IMG/VR virus record: IMGVR_UViG_3300042895_002216
Length of the DNA stretch: 64,000 nucleotides
Origin: a virus
Lineage: Duplodnaviria; Heunggongvirae; Uroviricota; Caudoviricetes
Reading direction: 5' to 3' (one strand)
Shown piece after piece: positions 10,817 to 21,246 of this stretch. The position numbers and the translations under genes were made by a program. The notes under the pieces were generated by a model that worked only from the letters and a program-made list of their open reading frames with translations, did no database searches and had not been told where the DNA came from. The number at the start of each line of letters is the position of its first letter. The stretch's first letter is position 1.

Positions 10817-11235
10817 TGAGCCCATACGAACTTTTACAGGAAATTTATCATGATGACCCGTGGAAGTCGCAAGTCTGCTGTATTCTATTGAATTGTACTC
10901 GTAGAAAACAGGTAGACCGAATAAGAGAAGAACTATTTAACACATATCGAGACGCGGCTGAGTTATCAAACGCTGATCCTATTCAATTGGCCGAAGTAAT
11001 TCGGCCTCTTGGTTTTTATAATCGCAGGTCACGATCATTAATTAAGTTTAGTACTGAGTGGATTACAAAAGAGTGGGATCATCCTCGAGAACTTCATGGA
11101 ATTGGGCAGTATGCAGCAGACTCATGGGATATTTTTTACAATAATAGACTTGACATAGAACCCAATGATGGAGTTCTAGTAAAATACTTAGAATGGAAAA
11201 GACAAAATCATTATACTGCTACTTTGGCGAACTAG
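10816..11235 (+). CDS. MBD4-like HhH-GPD DNA glycosylase
   Basis: DPWK..CCILLN, LGFYNRR and LHGIGQYAADSW motifs. Confidence 0.85.
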   Translation: MSPYELLQEIYHDDPWKSQVCCILLNCTRRKQVDRIREELFNTYRDAAELSNADPIQLAEVIRPLGFYNRRSRSLIKFSTEWITKEWDHPRELHGIGQYAADSWDIFYNNRLDIEPNDGVLVKYLEWKRQNHYTATLAN

Positions 11236-12251
11236 GAATTTTTGAAGAAAATATCCCAGGCCATACTTTTTATCAAATTGGATTACTTGATGCAATCTCT
11301 GAAAAATACGGAAACGAGAATTTCGATTTCTATAATTACATGGACACAGAACGTGCATTTGCCGTTAGGCCGATATATCCAGACGGAATACTTGGACAGG
11401 TGTTTGAGGGTTTTACTCAACACTTAATCAAGGAGTATCGAATTGGCTATGAGGATGTTCTTCTGAATATGTCAAATAAAGAATACGATAAAATTTTCTT
11501 AAAGGCTAGATTCAGAAATCTTTCAACTCTCCAAAAGAAGTTAAAGGATGCTCAGAGATTTGAGACATTTATAAAACATGCATTGGCTTGCGGATACGCT
11601 CCATCTGACATCGTTATTTTAGATACTGACTTATCTCTAAGTCCGGAATTCTTAGAAACGATTGAGAATCTTGGGATAACTAGAGAAATTGTCTCAGTAA
11701 CTATTCCAGGAATAGGATCAAAATTCTTAGATTCGTGTTTGTCTGTGCATGAGAACTCAATAAAGCCGACTGTTAACAGCTTACTATATTACGGAAATCT
11801 GTCATTTGATAATTATAAAGAAGGTCACACAAAAAACCCAATAATAAATGATATTATTACTCAGGTGGAAAATGTGAAAATGTTCAACGGTGATACTTTT
11901 CAATTAACTGTATCGGCTAAAGAAACTGAGGACTTAACTAATTGGATCAATTCATTAGATCGAGCGTACTTGATTCCTAGACAGAATCGTGAAGCGATTT
12001 GGAATTCATTCACTAACTCGCTCGTATCAATTAATGTAAGTAAAGATCTTTATTTACAGGCAGGTTTTACTCCAGCTAGAGTGTACGAATCCATTATTTT
12101 TGGAGTAATTCCAGTTTCATATATGAAAGGCCACCATTCAGCAATGACATTTGAAACAGTAGATGACTTCTTTGAGATTTGCAAGTTCCTTTCCGAGTGC
12201 TCATCGGGTGACTATTTTAAAATACTTCGAGAAATCGCAAAGGCGCTTTAG
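11193..12251 (+). CDS. GT-B glycosyltransferase resembling T4 beta-glucosyltransferase
   Basis: LLYYGN and SINVSKDLY...FTPARVYESIIFGVIP align by eye with the BGT motifs VIYGG and FITLRVWETMASDAV. Confidence 0.55.
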   Translation: MEKTKSLYCYFGELGIFEENIPGHTFYQIGLLDAISEKYGNENFDFYNYMDTERAFAVRPIYPDGILGQVFEGFTQHLIKEYRIGYEDVLLNMSNKEYDKIFLKARFRNLSTLQKKLKDAQRFETFIKHALACGYAPSDIVILDTDLSLSPEFLETIENLGITREIVSVTIPGIGSKFLDSCLSVHENSIKPTVNSLLYYGNLSFDNYKEGHTKNPIINDIITQVENVKMFNGDTFQLTVSAKETEDLTNWINSLDRAYLIPRQNREAIWNSFTNSLVSINVSKDLYLQAGFTPARVYESIIFGVIPVSYMKGHHSAMTFETVDDFFEICKFLSECSSGDYFKILREIAKAL

Positions 12252-12296
12252 CATCAGGGCCCACGAATAAATAATAAGAAATTACTATTTTTATAA

Positions 12297-14567
12297 ATGT
12301 CATACGTAGTTTCGTCCCAACAGTTTTTTGAATCGTTATCGACTTCAGGAAACTCTACTGATAAGCTGACCCAATACTTTAATCAAATACCTGCTGCCTT
12401 TTTTGAGGCTCTAGATAAAGTTGATTTTAGTATTTTGGCAACGCCAGTTACAATCAAAAGAAAACATTCTGAATCAGAAGTTTTTGCTCACCAAGTATAC
12501 TTATTTGAGAATTTTGAAGATATTCAAGATATTATTCGAAAGGAAGATTTTTTAGCTCGAGCTGGATATGATACGATTGAATTAAGAATCAATGAATCTT
12601 ATTTAGAAACAATTGAAACTCTTAACGAGGGTCTATTAGGGTCTATTGGAGACTTCTTAGCTAGCCTAGTAAGTGATCCGGATCCAGTAGAAATGGGTCT
12701 TAATATCTTACGTCTTGTGCTGGATATTATTGGACTTGTGCCATTCACATGGGTAGGTTTTCCTATTGATATTGTTGCAAACGTTCTATCTGCTCTAATT
12801 TCATTGTATAAAGGGGAGTACGTCTCAATGGTATTAAGCCTTCTTTCAGCAATTGATATTACTCAAGCCTCTGATGTATTGAAGATAGTACTAAAACCAG
12901 CAATGCCGTTATTGGAAAAAATTCTACCTCTCATATTTAGATCTGGGAAGGACGTTGTTGCTCTAGAAAAAGGAGTAATTGCACTAAAAGATGGAATTAT
13001 CCGAATCGGCGGAAAGAGTTTATTAGACAATGTGATTAGCTTATTTAAAGGACTTGCTAAGTTTTTCCTAAACACCGCAGTCTCAGTAGTTAGAATGATC
13101 GCCGGGTTTATGGATACTGCGATTAATCTTGCAACCTTTGGTATGGCTGGAAAATTTGGATTTAAAATTTCAAAATTAGTAGACTCTATTGTAGTGAACG
13201 TCTCGATGATTGGTAGAAATTTCGATACAGCTACTCAAATTCTTACAAAGCCTGGAGTAGGAAAAGAAATTGCTCAAAGTGCGGATGACTTGGCTAAAGC
13301 TGCTCGTAAAGAAGTTGCCCTAGGTGCTCAAGATCAAGCTCTTAAAGCTGGAAAAACTTCATCTGAAGTCGGAGCAGATATCAGTGCAGCACTTAAAGAC
13401 TTTGATGCAACTCAAGCAGATAAGTACATTAGAGCTAGAGGAGGTTACTTAAGTGATCTAAAGCAGACAGTTACTTCAAATACGAAATTCATGGATTCAA
13501 TTAGCCAATTATCTTCCAAGCAGAAAGACATTGCGATCGCTGCAAAAATGGAAAATGAATTAATTGGACAAGCTAAACTGTCAGTTGATAGGATAATGAA
13601 AGATCCTGAGGCAGTTAAACTGTTAGGTGCAGCCGGCTGGAGACCAGGTGGAGATCACTTAATTAGATTAGCTAGAGGAGGAAACCCTCAAGAAGTTAAG
13701 AAATTCTTTGAAGTGTTCTTAACTAATCCAGCAATAGCTAAGAACTTATCTAAATCTGAAATTAGAGCATTTGCACCGTTTGTTGCTAAGCCGGAAGCAT
13801 TCATCGAGGGAGTTGCTAAATTTAATGGTAGCGTTAAGACTCTTGAAATTCTCACAAAGAAAGGCGGCGCTATTGGAATGAGAGCCGTACCTTTCAAGCG
13901 AGTTCTTAACCTGGTAGCTAGATTAGTTTGGCAAAAATACGGATCACTTGAATGTATTATCCAAGCCGGCGCAAATAAAGCAGGAGATGTAGCTCTTGGC
14001 GCAACTTCATCGTTAGTTAGAACAGGAATATCTGCATTGGAAGAAGCAGAAGAAAGTTCAAACCCACAAAGGACTGTCGCAAAGGTAGATTGCGGATTAC
14101 AGGCGGCGGCTGTTCAAGCAACAACCGGCTCATTCGTTGCAGATTTTCCAGGAAGTACTGCAAATTTAGGAGGAACTGCTAACATGGGAGAAGATCCTGC
14201 ACAAGCAGCTGAATTCCAAAAGAAGAGCACAGACTACTCAAAACAGGTACTAGCTTCACTAGGATTAGATACATCAATTGATGTTCAACATGCTCTTGAC
14301 TATAATGAGCCTGTCGTCCAAGCCTATTTCGCAGATGTTTACGATCCTGAATCTGGAGTAATTAATGTAAATCTAGTCGATAAGTCTCGGTTAGACAGCA
14401 CCATTCAAGAGATGGTTCGTATGGGAAAAATCCGACCGGAAGAGGCTGCTGGTATAAAAGCAGAAGCCTTGAAACTTATTCAATCGGGCGAAGAACCTGA
14501 AATTAAGTTACCTCCAGTAAACGAAGGGCTCTTCTCAGTTAAAGGCCTTTCATTCGGAAATAAATAA
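12297..14567 (+). CDS. Large late protein with capsid-targeting-like N-terminus and pre-toxin-TG-like motif
   Basis: ATAAATAA at 12267; internal INE/LNE/VNE motifs; LDIIGLVP...KGEYVSMVLSLLSA. Confidence 0.7.
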   Translation: MSYVVSSQQFFESLSTSGNSTDKLTQYFNQIPAAFFEALDKVDFSILATPVTIKRKHSESEVFAHQVYLFENFEDIQDIIRKEDFLARAGYDTIELRINESYLETIETLNEGLLGSIGDFLASLVSDPDPVEMGLNILRLVLDIIGLVPFTWVGFPIDIVANVLSALISLYKGEYVSMVLSLLSAIDITQASDVLKIVLKPAMPLLEKILPLIFRSGKDVVALEKGVIALKDGIIRIGGKSLLDNVISLFKGLAKFFLNTAVSVVRMIAGFMDTAINLATFGMAGKFGFKISKLVDSIVVNVSMIGRNFDTATQILTKPGVGKEIAQSADDLAKAARKEVALGAQDQALKAGKTSSEVGADISAALKDFDATQADKYIRARGGYLSDLKQTVTSNTKFMDSISQLSSKQKDIAIAAKMENELIGQAKLSVDRIMKDPEAVKLLGAAGWRPGGDHLIRLARGGNPQEVKKFFEVFLTNPAIAKNLSKSEIRAFAPFVAKPEAFIEGVAKFNGSVKTLEILTKKGGAIGMRAVPFKRVLNLVARLVWQKYGSLECIIQAGANKAGDVALGATSSLVRTGISALEEAEESSNPQRTVAKVDCGLQAAAVQATTGSFVADFPGSTANLGGTANMGEDPAQAAEFQKKSTDYSKQVLASLGLDTSIDVQHALDYNEPVVQAYFADVYDPESGVINVNLVDKSRLDSTIQEMVRMGKIRPEEAAGIKAEALKLIQSGEEPEIKLPPVNEGLFSVKGLSFGNK

Positions 14568-14588
14568 TTAAAATAATAACAGAAACAA

Positions 14589-15593
14589 ATGACCTTTGTT
14601 AAAACATTTGAAAGCTTTAGAGCAACTTCGTTAACTGAAGCAGTCGATAAAGCAAACATAACTAAGATTTCACCAGAAGCCGGCGAACTTGCTAGATGGA
14701 AAGTTGTACTAAAGAGTGGATCTGCTGATTCAATCAGCAATGCAACACCAATTCAGTCGATTATCGACAGTTTAGTAATGAACGGCGATTTTAAAAATTG
14801 GTGGACTACTACTAAATTTGAAGGAACTCCTGCGAGCATGACCCTTGGTATTGTGTACAGTGGAGTTATGAACAAGACGAATTTAGTTGGAAAAGAGGTA
14901 GCTAAAGCTGAAATTGCCTTTGTTACGTATAGAAGACAACACACAGGCGAATCTGCTGGAGTTGACAAACCTGCAGCCGACGTATTCTATGATGTAACTA
15001 AAGCTGAACCAATCGCAACCGCGACCGTTTCAGGTTCAAAGATTCCGTTAGCTGTATGGCATCAAGAAAAATTAATTGATATTAAGTTGGCGCAGCCAGT
15101 ACCAGCAAGGGATAAATCGGGCAAGCTTATTGAAATCGATAAAGTTTATCCGTCTTACATGAAAAGCGAAGGCCAATCAGCTACTGATAAACCTACGACT
15201 ACTGATACAACGACAGTTTCACCTACTACTTCTACACAAACGGTCGACTCGCCACAAGGCTCTCAATCGAACTCAACTACCTTCGTTGATCTTAAGAAAG
15301 CCCCAGGATTTAATCAAAAGGTTCAAGATCTACAGAAGAAGATCAAGACACTAGGCGGAGACGCAGCAACGGCTCTTGGTAAATTCGGAGCAGACGGTAA
15401 ATATGGAAGCGGTACAGCTAATGCAATTGGAAAACTTGTAAATAACGGTACTCCAGTTGACTCAATTAATGCAGAGATTTCTGCTAAATTAGATGCAGCC
15501 TTTGTGAACTTAACTCAAGCTCAAATCGATGCAGCTAATAAGAAAGTAGAAAAGCCAGTCGACCGTAAAGTTCAAAGGCCTAGTCCATTTTAA
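14589..15593 (+). CDS. Putative internal virion protein with C-terminal peptidoglycan-binding domain
   Basis: MTFVKTFESF...LTEA N-terminus; VQDLQ...GADGKYGSGTANAI motif; late promoter at 14560. Confidence 0.7.
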   Translation: MTFVKTFESFRATSLTEAVDKANITKISPEAGELARWKVVLKSGSADSISNATPIQSIIDSLVMNGDFKNWWTTTKFEGTPASMTLGIVYSGVMNKTNLVGKEVAKAEIAFVTYRRQHTGESAGVDKPAADVFYDVTKAEPIATATVSGSKIPLAVWHQEKLIDIKLAQPVPARDKSGKLIEIDKVYPSYMKSEGQSATDKPTTTDTTTVSPTTSTQTVDSPQGSQSNSTTFVDLKKAPGFNQKVQDLQKKIKTLGGDAATALGKFGADGKYGSGTANAIGKLVNNGTPVDSINAEISAKLDAAFVNLTQAQIDAANKKVEKPVDRKVQRPSPF

Positions 15594-15617
15594 TAAAAAA
15601 TAAATATACTACAACAA

Positions 15618-16616
15618 ATGAATATTTCAAATTACGCGCTTATTTTAGAGAAAAAGTCTCATGGCTACTTACTGGTCAATGAGGCCGCTGATATGCAAAC
15701 AGCTGACGGTTTAACTAAACTATTATCTGGTCAAAATGGAGGACCTTATGCAAACCAATGGAACCAATTCATGGATGAAGTTGAATCAAAGAAGGCAGCT
15801 GGTAACTATACGTTCATGGTTAAACACGATAACGGAAAAGACATGATTAACGTCGCTTATCAAATCGGAACAGACTTAAAGCCAGTAAAAGGAAGTCTTA
15901 AGCTAGCAGCGGCAACCTCGTCGTCTCCAGTTTCCGGCTCATCTATTGACATTAATAAGATTGCCGAATATGACCCAAAGGGTAAAATGTATGAATTTAT
16001 TGCTGCATTAATCACAATATCGATTCAAAAATTCGGAAAGGCATGGACTCCTGATCATATTAAATGGGTTACTGCTCAAACCAATAAGGTTAAAGCATTA
16101 GGCGGCTCCTTCGCAGGAATCGAAAAAGCAGCAAATGCCAGCTTTTTACTAGGTGACGGTAATATCGCAGACAATTGGATTAAGCTGACCGGTGGAGATT
16201 TACCTACACAAGTAACCACAATTACCTCAAAATACAAGAAAGCCGGCTCAGTTGAGTCAGATGCTGATATTAAGATGATCATGGACGCAGTTGATCTTAA
16301 GCTAAATGAGACAGTTACATCATTTGCTGATAGTGCAGCTATGCACGGTTTGTACATGCTAATTTCACCAAAATTCTCCGCTGATCAACTTGCCAAGATG
16401 TGGACAGCGTCCGGTAAATCTGGCGGTTTTTTAACAGGTATTGCTGGGGAAATCGACGAGATTATGGGTACTACCCAAAAATGGCCTGAAAAATTTGCGG
16501 CCTGGACAGTTGGAATAAGAGGTCTCACGCTTTGGTCCGGTTTTTACACAGCATACAGATTCGATACGGTCACGTATACTGAGAGTATCGCAGCAATAAA
16601 GGCAGCTTTAGTATAA
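15618..16616 (+). CDS. Putative internal virion protein
   Basis: 332 aa; LLVNEA near the N-terminus. Confidence 0.65.
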   Translation: MNISNYALILEKKSHGYLLVNEAADMQTADGLTKLLSGQNGGPYANQWNQFMDEVESKKAAGNYTFMVKHDNGKDMINVAYQIGTDLKPVKGSLKLAAATSSSPVSGSSIDINKIAEYDPKGKMYEFIAALITISIQKFGKAWTPDHIKWVTAQTNKVKALGGSFAGIEKAANASFLLGDGNIADNWIKLTGGDLPTQVTTITSKYKKAGSVESDADIKMIMDAVDLKLNETVTSFADSAAMHGLYMLISPKFSADQLAKMWTASGKSGGFLTGIAGEIDEIMGTTQKWPEKFAAWTVGIRGLTLWSGFYTAYRFDTVTYTESIAAIKAALV

Positions 16617-16623
16617 TAACTAA

Positions 16624-17094
16624 ATGAAGATTAAAGCATTCTCTGAATTCTTAGCTGAGTCATCAGCTGGCCACGATACGGCCGGTGTAGCAATATTATA
16701 CAATCAAAAAATTTTACTAGTTCATCCAACTAATGGAAGTTGGGTTAGACCAATCATGGGAATTCCAAAGGGCAAGGTCGAAGCTGGCGAAGACCTAATG
16801 AATGCTGCTCTACGAGAACTTAGCGAAGAGACAGGAATCTATCTTTCTCCAGATAAATTAGAATTGCCCGTGCAGACAGTTGAAGTTTACGATAAAGACG
16901 GCAAGTACAAGAATGCACTACACTATTTCGTTTTCCGAATTGAGGATCTATCTGAGATTGAGCTGGAGTCATTAACTATTCCAAAGAGCCAACTTCAGGC
17001 AGAAGAGATTGACTGGGCCGGATTCATCGATATCAAAGAGGCTTACTCAAAAGTTTCGCGAGCCCAACTTATAATTTTAGACAGACTTTCCTAA
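16624..17094 (+). CDS. Nudix hydrolase with capsid-targeting-like N-terminus
   Basis: Nudix box GKVEAGEDLMNAALRELSEETG; N-terminus MKIKAFSEFLAES. Confidence 0.9.
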   Translation: MKIKAFSEFLAESSAGHDTAGVAILYNQKILLVHPTNGSWVRPIMGIPKGKVEAGEDLMNAALRELSEETGIYLSPDKLELPVQTVEVYDKDGKYKNALHYFVFRIEDLSEIELESLTIPKSQLQAEEIDWAGFIDIKEAYSKVSRAQLIILDRLS

Positions 17095-17147
17095 AACTAG
17101 TTCAAGTTTCCTAGTAGAATAATAATCTAAACAATATCTTTATTCAA

Positions 17148-17714
17148 ATGGAAAACTCACAAGAACTAGCAACCGACTTATTAGTTGAAGAAACTGTAAT
17201 GGTCGAAGAAACTTCTCCAGAAATGGAACCAACACAAGAAGGCGGCGAAGAGCCTGTACAAGAAATGTCAGAACTTGACATGCTTATCAATCGTCGTACT
17301 GGATACTTCCCAGTTAAATTAGAATTAGCTGATCTTAAATGGATCAAAAATGCATGCAATGGAGGTAAATTTACTTTCACTGGCCCTAATGAAGCATTCA
17401 TGGTAATGAATTGTTTCTTGGGATTCTCTTCTGCAATTGCGCGATTGGAGCAGGAACAGGACGAAAACACTGAATCGAGTGGAGCAGTTCAAATTCAGGC
17501 ATCTGCCCTAGAAGCTGCAGCAATTCTACTTAACAAGTTCGAAGGATCTAGCCTTGAATCAGCACAACGTGTATTTCGTATCGCAGTAGCTCTTAACACT
17601 TCAGTAATGGAAATGAAAGAGCTTGATCGTATTATCCAAACTATCAAAGTTGGAATGGCGAAACAAGACGAACTTGATAACTTGGCTAACGAAGAGGTTG
17701 TAAACCCTAGCTAA
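17148..17714 (+). CDS. Acidic hypothetical protein
   Basis: 188 aa ORF ending before a terminator. Confidence 0.7.
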   Translation: MENSQELATDLLVEETVMVEETSPEMEPTQEGGEEPVQEMSELDMLINRRTGYFPVKLELADLKWIKNACNGGKFTFTGPNEAFMVMNCFLGFSSAIARLEQEQDENTESSGAVQIQASALEAAAILLNKFEGSSLESAQRVFRIAVALNTSVMEMKELDRIIQTIKVGMAKQDELDNLANEEVVNPS

Positions 17715-17732
17715 TAATTTATAAATTTTATG

Positions 17733-17758
17733 AAAAAGCCGCGACAGCGGCTTTTTTT
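17733..17758 (+). terminator. Bidirectional terminator
   Basis: AAAAAGCCGC gaca GCGGCTTTTTTT. Confidence 0.8.
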
Positions 17759-17777
17759 GTTTAGTATAATAATCAAT

Positions 17778-19067
17778 ATGAAAACATCAGATTTTAAACA
17801 GGTTGCCGAGTTCATTGAAGAAATGAAGGCTACTTCTTCAACCAACGATAAAAAGGAGATACTTAAAAAGTATGATACCTCGACCTTGCGTAAGTTATTT
17901 GAATACGTATACTCTCCGTTTAAGCAGTACTACGTTACCTCAGATAACTTGAAAAAGCGTCAAGATCTTACTGTCGATAGTTACGATAACTTGTTTCAAT
18001 TACTTGACGATCTGAATGAACGTCGTGTCACTGGCCATAATGCTATACAGGTAGTTAATGGTTTTATTGCCAAGAATCAGGAGTTCGCAGATGTGATCTA
18101 TGATGTGATAGATCGTAACTTAAAGACTAGAGCTACGGCTACTTTAATTAACTCAGTAATGCCCGGAACGGTTCCTACTTTTGATGTCGCTCTCGCTGAG
18201 AAGTTTGACGGAAATGAAAAGAAGGTAAATTTCGAATCTGGAGAATGGTGGGCAAGTCGTAAGCTTGATGGAGTTCGGTGTATTACAATAATTGACGAAC
18301 ACGGAGAACCTAAATTTTATTCACGAGCGGGCAATGAATTCTTAACTCTTTCAGTTTTAGCAGAGGACATTAAGAAACTTGGTCTCAGAAACAAAGTATT
18401 GGACGGAGAAGTTTGCGTTATGAAAGAAGGTGGACTTGAAGATTTCCAAGGAATTATCAAGGAGATCGGCAGAAAGAACCATACGATTCAGACTCCAAAG
18501 TATTACGTATTTGACTTCTTAGAAATGGCTGAATTTAATAATCAAGCAGGGGAAGTTTCTCTTTCAGCTCGATTAATTATCTTAAATGCAATCGTAACTG
18601 ACTTAACCTATGCAGAACCACTTCCACAATTTCAAATAAAATCGGTTGACGAATTTGAAAAGATTGTAGCTGATGCAACTGAAATGGGTTACGAAGGAGT
18701 AATGATGCGTAAGGATATTGGTTACGAAGGCAAACGCTCAAAGAATCTGCTTAAAGTTAAAAAGATGCACGATGCAGAATACGTCGTAATTGATCTTGAA
18801 TCTGACGTAAATCGTATCATTGACATGGGAAAAGAGGTTGAGGAGGTCATGTTGAAAGCAGTAATCGTAGAGCATAAAGGCAATACAGTTAGAGTGGGTT
18901 CAGGTTTTAATATTGAACAGCGAAGATACTATCACAAAAACCCAAATGAAATTTTAGGTAAAACAATTACCGTTCAATTCTTTGAAGAAACTACTGATCA
19001 ACACGGAGCTCATTCCCTAAGATTTCCAGTATTCAAAGCAATCCACGGTCAAAAGAGAGAATTTTAA
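17778..19067 (+). CDS. lig: ATP-dependent DNA ligase
   Basis: SRKLDGVR, LDGEV, YYVFD, EGVMMR, LLKVK and VGSGF motifs; start moved to ATG 17778, downstream of TAGTATAAT. Confidence 0.95.
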   Translation: MKTSDFKQVAEFIEEMKATSSTNDKKEILKKYDTSTLRKLFEYVYSPFKQYYVTSDNLKKRQDLTVDSYDNLFQLLDDLNERRVTGHNAIQVVNGFIAKNQEFADVIYDVIDRNLKTRATATLINSVMPGTVPTFDVALAEKFDGNEKKVNFESGEWWASRKLDGVRCITIIDEHGEPKFYSRAGNEFLTLSVLAEDIKKLGLRNKVLDGEVCVMKEGGLEDFQGIIKEIGRKNHTIQTPKYYVFDFLEMAEFNNQAGEVSLSARLIILNAIVTDLTYAEPLPQFQIKSVDEFEKIVADATEMGYEGVMMRKDIGYEGKRSKNLLKVKKMHDAEYVVIDLESDVNRIIDMGKEVEEVMLKAVIVEHKGNTVRVGSGFNIEQRRYYHKNPNEILGKTITVQFFEETTDQHGAHSLRFPVFKAIHGQKREF

Positions 19068-19074
19068 TTTATAT

Positions 19075-19554
19075 ATGAGCAAACGAATAATTGTAGTCGG
19101 CAGAGCCGCAAGCGGAAAAGATTTTCTTCGTAAAAAATTCGAAGATAGAGGTTTTAGGTACGCAGTAAGTTACACAACACGCCCTCCACGCGAAGGGGAA
19201 GTTGAAGGAAGAGATTACTTCTTCTTAAGTCCAGAACAGGCAGCTGATCTAATTAAAAATGACGAGTTCTATGAATACGTTGAGTTTAATGGCTGGATTT
19301 ACGGAACTACTCGTGACCAATTCGATGAGGATGACGTATTCATCATGACACCTAGTGGCTTAGCTCACCTGTCTGATGATGCGCGTAAAGAGTCATTGGT
19401 AATATTCTTTGATATTGCTGAGGATGTTAGGCGTCAACGTATGATGGACCGAGACATGCCCGGTGATTCAGTAGACAGACGATTAGAGGCCGATCGTAAA
19501 GATTTTGAAGGCTTCACAAATTATGATATAAAAATAACTAACCACGATTTCTAA
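19075..19554 (+). CDS. gmk: Guanylate kinase
   Basis: GRAASGKD P-loop and SYTTRPPREGEVEGRDYFF. Confidence 0.9.
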   Translation: MSKRIIVVGRAASGKDFLRKKFEDRGFRYAVSYTTRPPREGEVEGRDYFFLSPEQAADLIKNDEFYEYVEFNGWIYGTTRDQFDEDDVFIMTPSGLAHLSDDARKESLVIFFDIAEDVRRQRMMDRDMPGDSVDRRLEADRKDFEGFTNYDIKITNHDF

Positions 19555-19555
19555 T

Positions 19556-19984
19556 ATGGCATTTGAACTAAACGGAATAATCATTGAGATTTTCCCAGCA
19601 CAGACTTTCAATAAAGGCTTTCGTAAGAGAGAATTTGTAATTGAATCGGGAGATAAGTACCCGCAAAAAATTGTATTTGGACTTGTACAGGACAAATGTG
19701 ACATGATTGATTCTTATGGAATCGGAGATACTGTCTCAGTTGCGTTTGATGTAAAAGGCCGAGACTGGACAGACAAGTCAGGTCAGACAAAATACTTTAA
19801 TAGCCTTGAGGCTTACCGAATCAACGGACAGCAGAGAGCTAACGTAAGTAAACCTGCTTCTGATTTTAATGATGAGGACGATGACGAAATCTTCCGTAGC
19901 CTTGGAATTGAGACCTCTGCACCAAAAAAATCAACATCGACTCAGTCTACTTTGACTGATGACGATTTACCATTCGACTTTTAA
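19556..19984 (+). CDS. DUF3127-like, SSB-like OB-fold protein
   Basis: KREFVIE...YPQKI..L..DK...FDVKGRDW core and SSB-type acidic tail DDDLPFDF. Confidence 0.8.
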   Translation: MAFELNGIIIEIFPAQTFNKGFRKREFVIESGDKYPQKIVFGLVQDKCDMIDSYGIGDTVSVAFDVKGRDWTDKSGQTKYFNSLEAYRINGQQRANVSKPASDFNDEDDDEIFRSLGIETSAPKKSTSTQSTLTDDDLPFDF

Positions 19985-19986
19985 TT

Positions 19987-20613
19987 ATGAAATACGTATC
20001 GATTGATATTGAAACGACGGGTCTTGATCCAGAGACCTGTCAAATTTTACAGATTGGAGCTGTCATTGAGGACACCCTAAATCCAGCCTCATTGGAAGAA
20101 CTACCTAAATTTCAGTGTATTGTGGAACACACTACGTATGTAGGAAGTCCATTTGCCCTATCTCTAAACTCTTGGATTCTAAAAATTCTTGGCGGTTTAG
20201 AGAATCTAACAAAGGACGAACGTCTCGCATACCGAAAGTATCATAACATTTTACCGGTTGGACTAGTAGCCCACTCATTTCAAATGTGGCTAGCTTCAAA
20301 TGGTATCCCAGCTGAGGCGACTGGTTGCGTAAAAATTAATGCAGCAGGTAAGAACTTTGCAAGTTTTGACAAAGTATTTCTGCAGAAACTTCCAAACTGG
20401 AGTTCAAACGTGCAGATTAGACAGAGAATCTTGGATCCAGCCATTCTGTTAATGAATTGGAAAACTGACGAGAGCTTACCTAATTTACAGACGTGCATGG
20501 ATCGATGCCAATTATCTGGAGAAGTAACCCATGATGCTCTGCAAGATGCATTAGATGTAGTTAGAGTCATCCGAACTGTAACTAGTAATTATAACTTTGT
20601 TAATATTAATTAG
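19987..20613 (+). CDS. DEDDh 3'-5' exonuclease
   Basis: SIDIETTG, GKNFASFD and HDALQDA motifs. Confidence 0.85.
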   Translation: MKYVSIDIETTGLDPETCQILQIGAVIEDTLNPASLEELPKFQCIVEHTTYVGSPFALSLNSWILKILGGLENLTKDERLAYRKYHNILPVGLVAHSFQMWLASNGIPAEATGCVKINAAGKNFASFDKVFLQKLPNWSSNVQIRQRILDPAILLMNWKTDESLPNLQTCMDRCQLSGEVTHDALQDALDVVRVIRTVTSNYNFVNIN

Positions 20614-20649
20614 GCTGAAATAGATAACATTATAAAAATATTACGTGTT

Positions 20650-21240
20650 ATGATTAAGACCTTTAAAACTTTTACAAATGAAGCACTTAGTCCAGCTATT
20701 TTAACTAGTTCAATTAATGAGTGTACAGCTAATCAACTTAAGAGTATTTCTGAATTTAAAAGTACTTATAAAACTGAGTTAGATAAAGCAAATAAGATTG
20801 TTAACGTATACCAGGTAATTGATAAATTTAGTACCTGGCTAGTTGGTAAAACTCCAGCAATGGTCCAAGCTGCTCTATTAAATTCGCCAGGAACTGCTGA
20901 TAAACTGGTAATTGAGGCATATACTTTCATTTATATGGAAATACAAAATCAATTAAAGTCAATTGGTACACTTAAAAAATCAGCACTTAAATTACTGGCT
21001 CCATCCGCTGCTGACTTTGATTCGCAAAAAACTGACTCAGACTTAGTGAATCAAATTATACAATTAGTGGAATCGTTATTTGATGTAGGCTTTATGATTG
21101 GTTACAAATTTGACAGTAAGTCAATTGAGGCAAATAATGCTTCAAACTGGTCAGTTTCTTTTACCAAATCTCTTAATTCTAGGAAATCTTTAATATTCAA
21201 AAATATTAAACTATTAATTCGTAACTTTTTATATAACTAA
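20650..21240 (+). CDS. Putative internal virion protein
   Basis: N-terminus MIKTFKTFTNEA. Confidence 0.65.
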   Translation: MIKTFKTFTNEALSPAILTSSINECTANQLKSISEFKSTYKTELDKANKIVNVYQVIDKFSTWLVGKTPAMVQAALLNSPGTADKLVIEAYTFIYMEIQNQLKSIGTLKKSALKLLAPSAADFDSQKTDSDLVNQIIQLVESLFDVGFMIGYKFDSKSIEANNASNWSVSFTKSLNSRKSLIFKNIKLLIRNFLYN

Positions 21241-21246
21241 TTGTCT

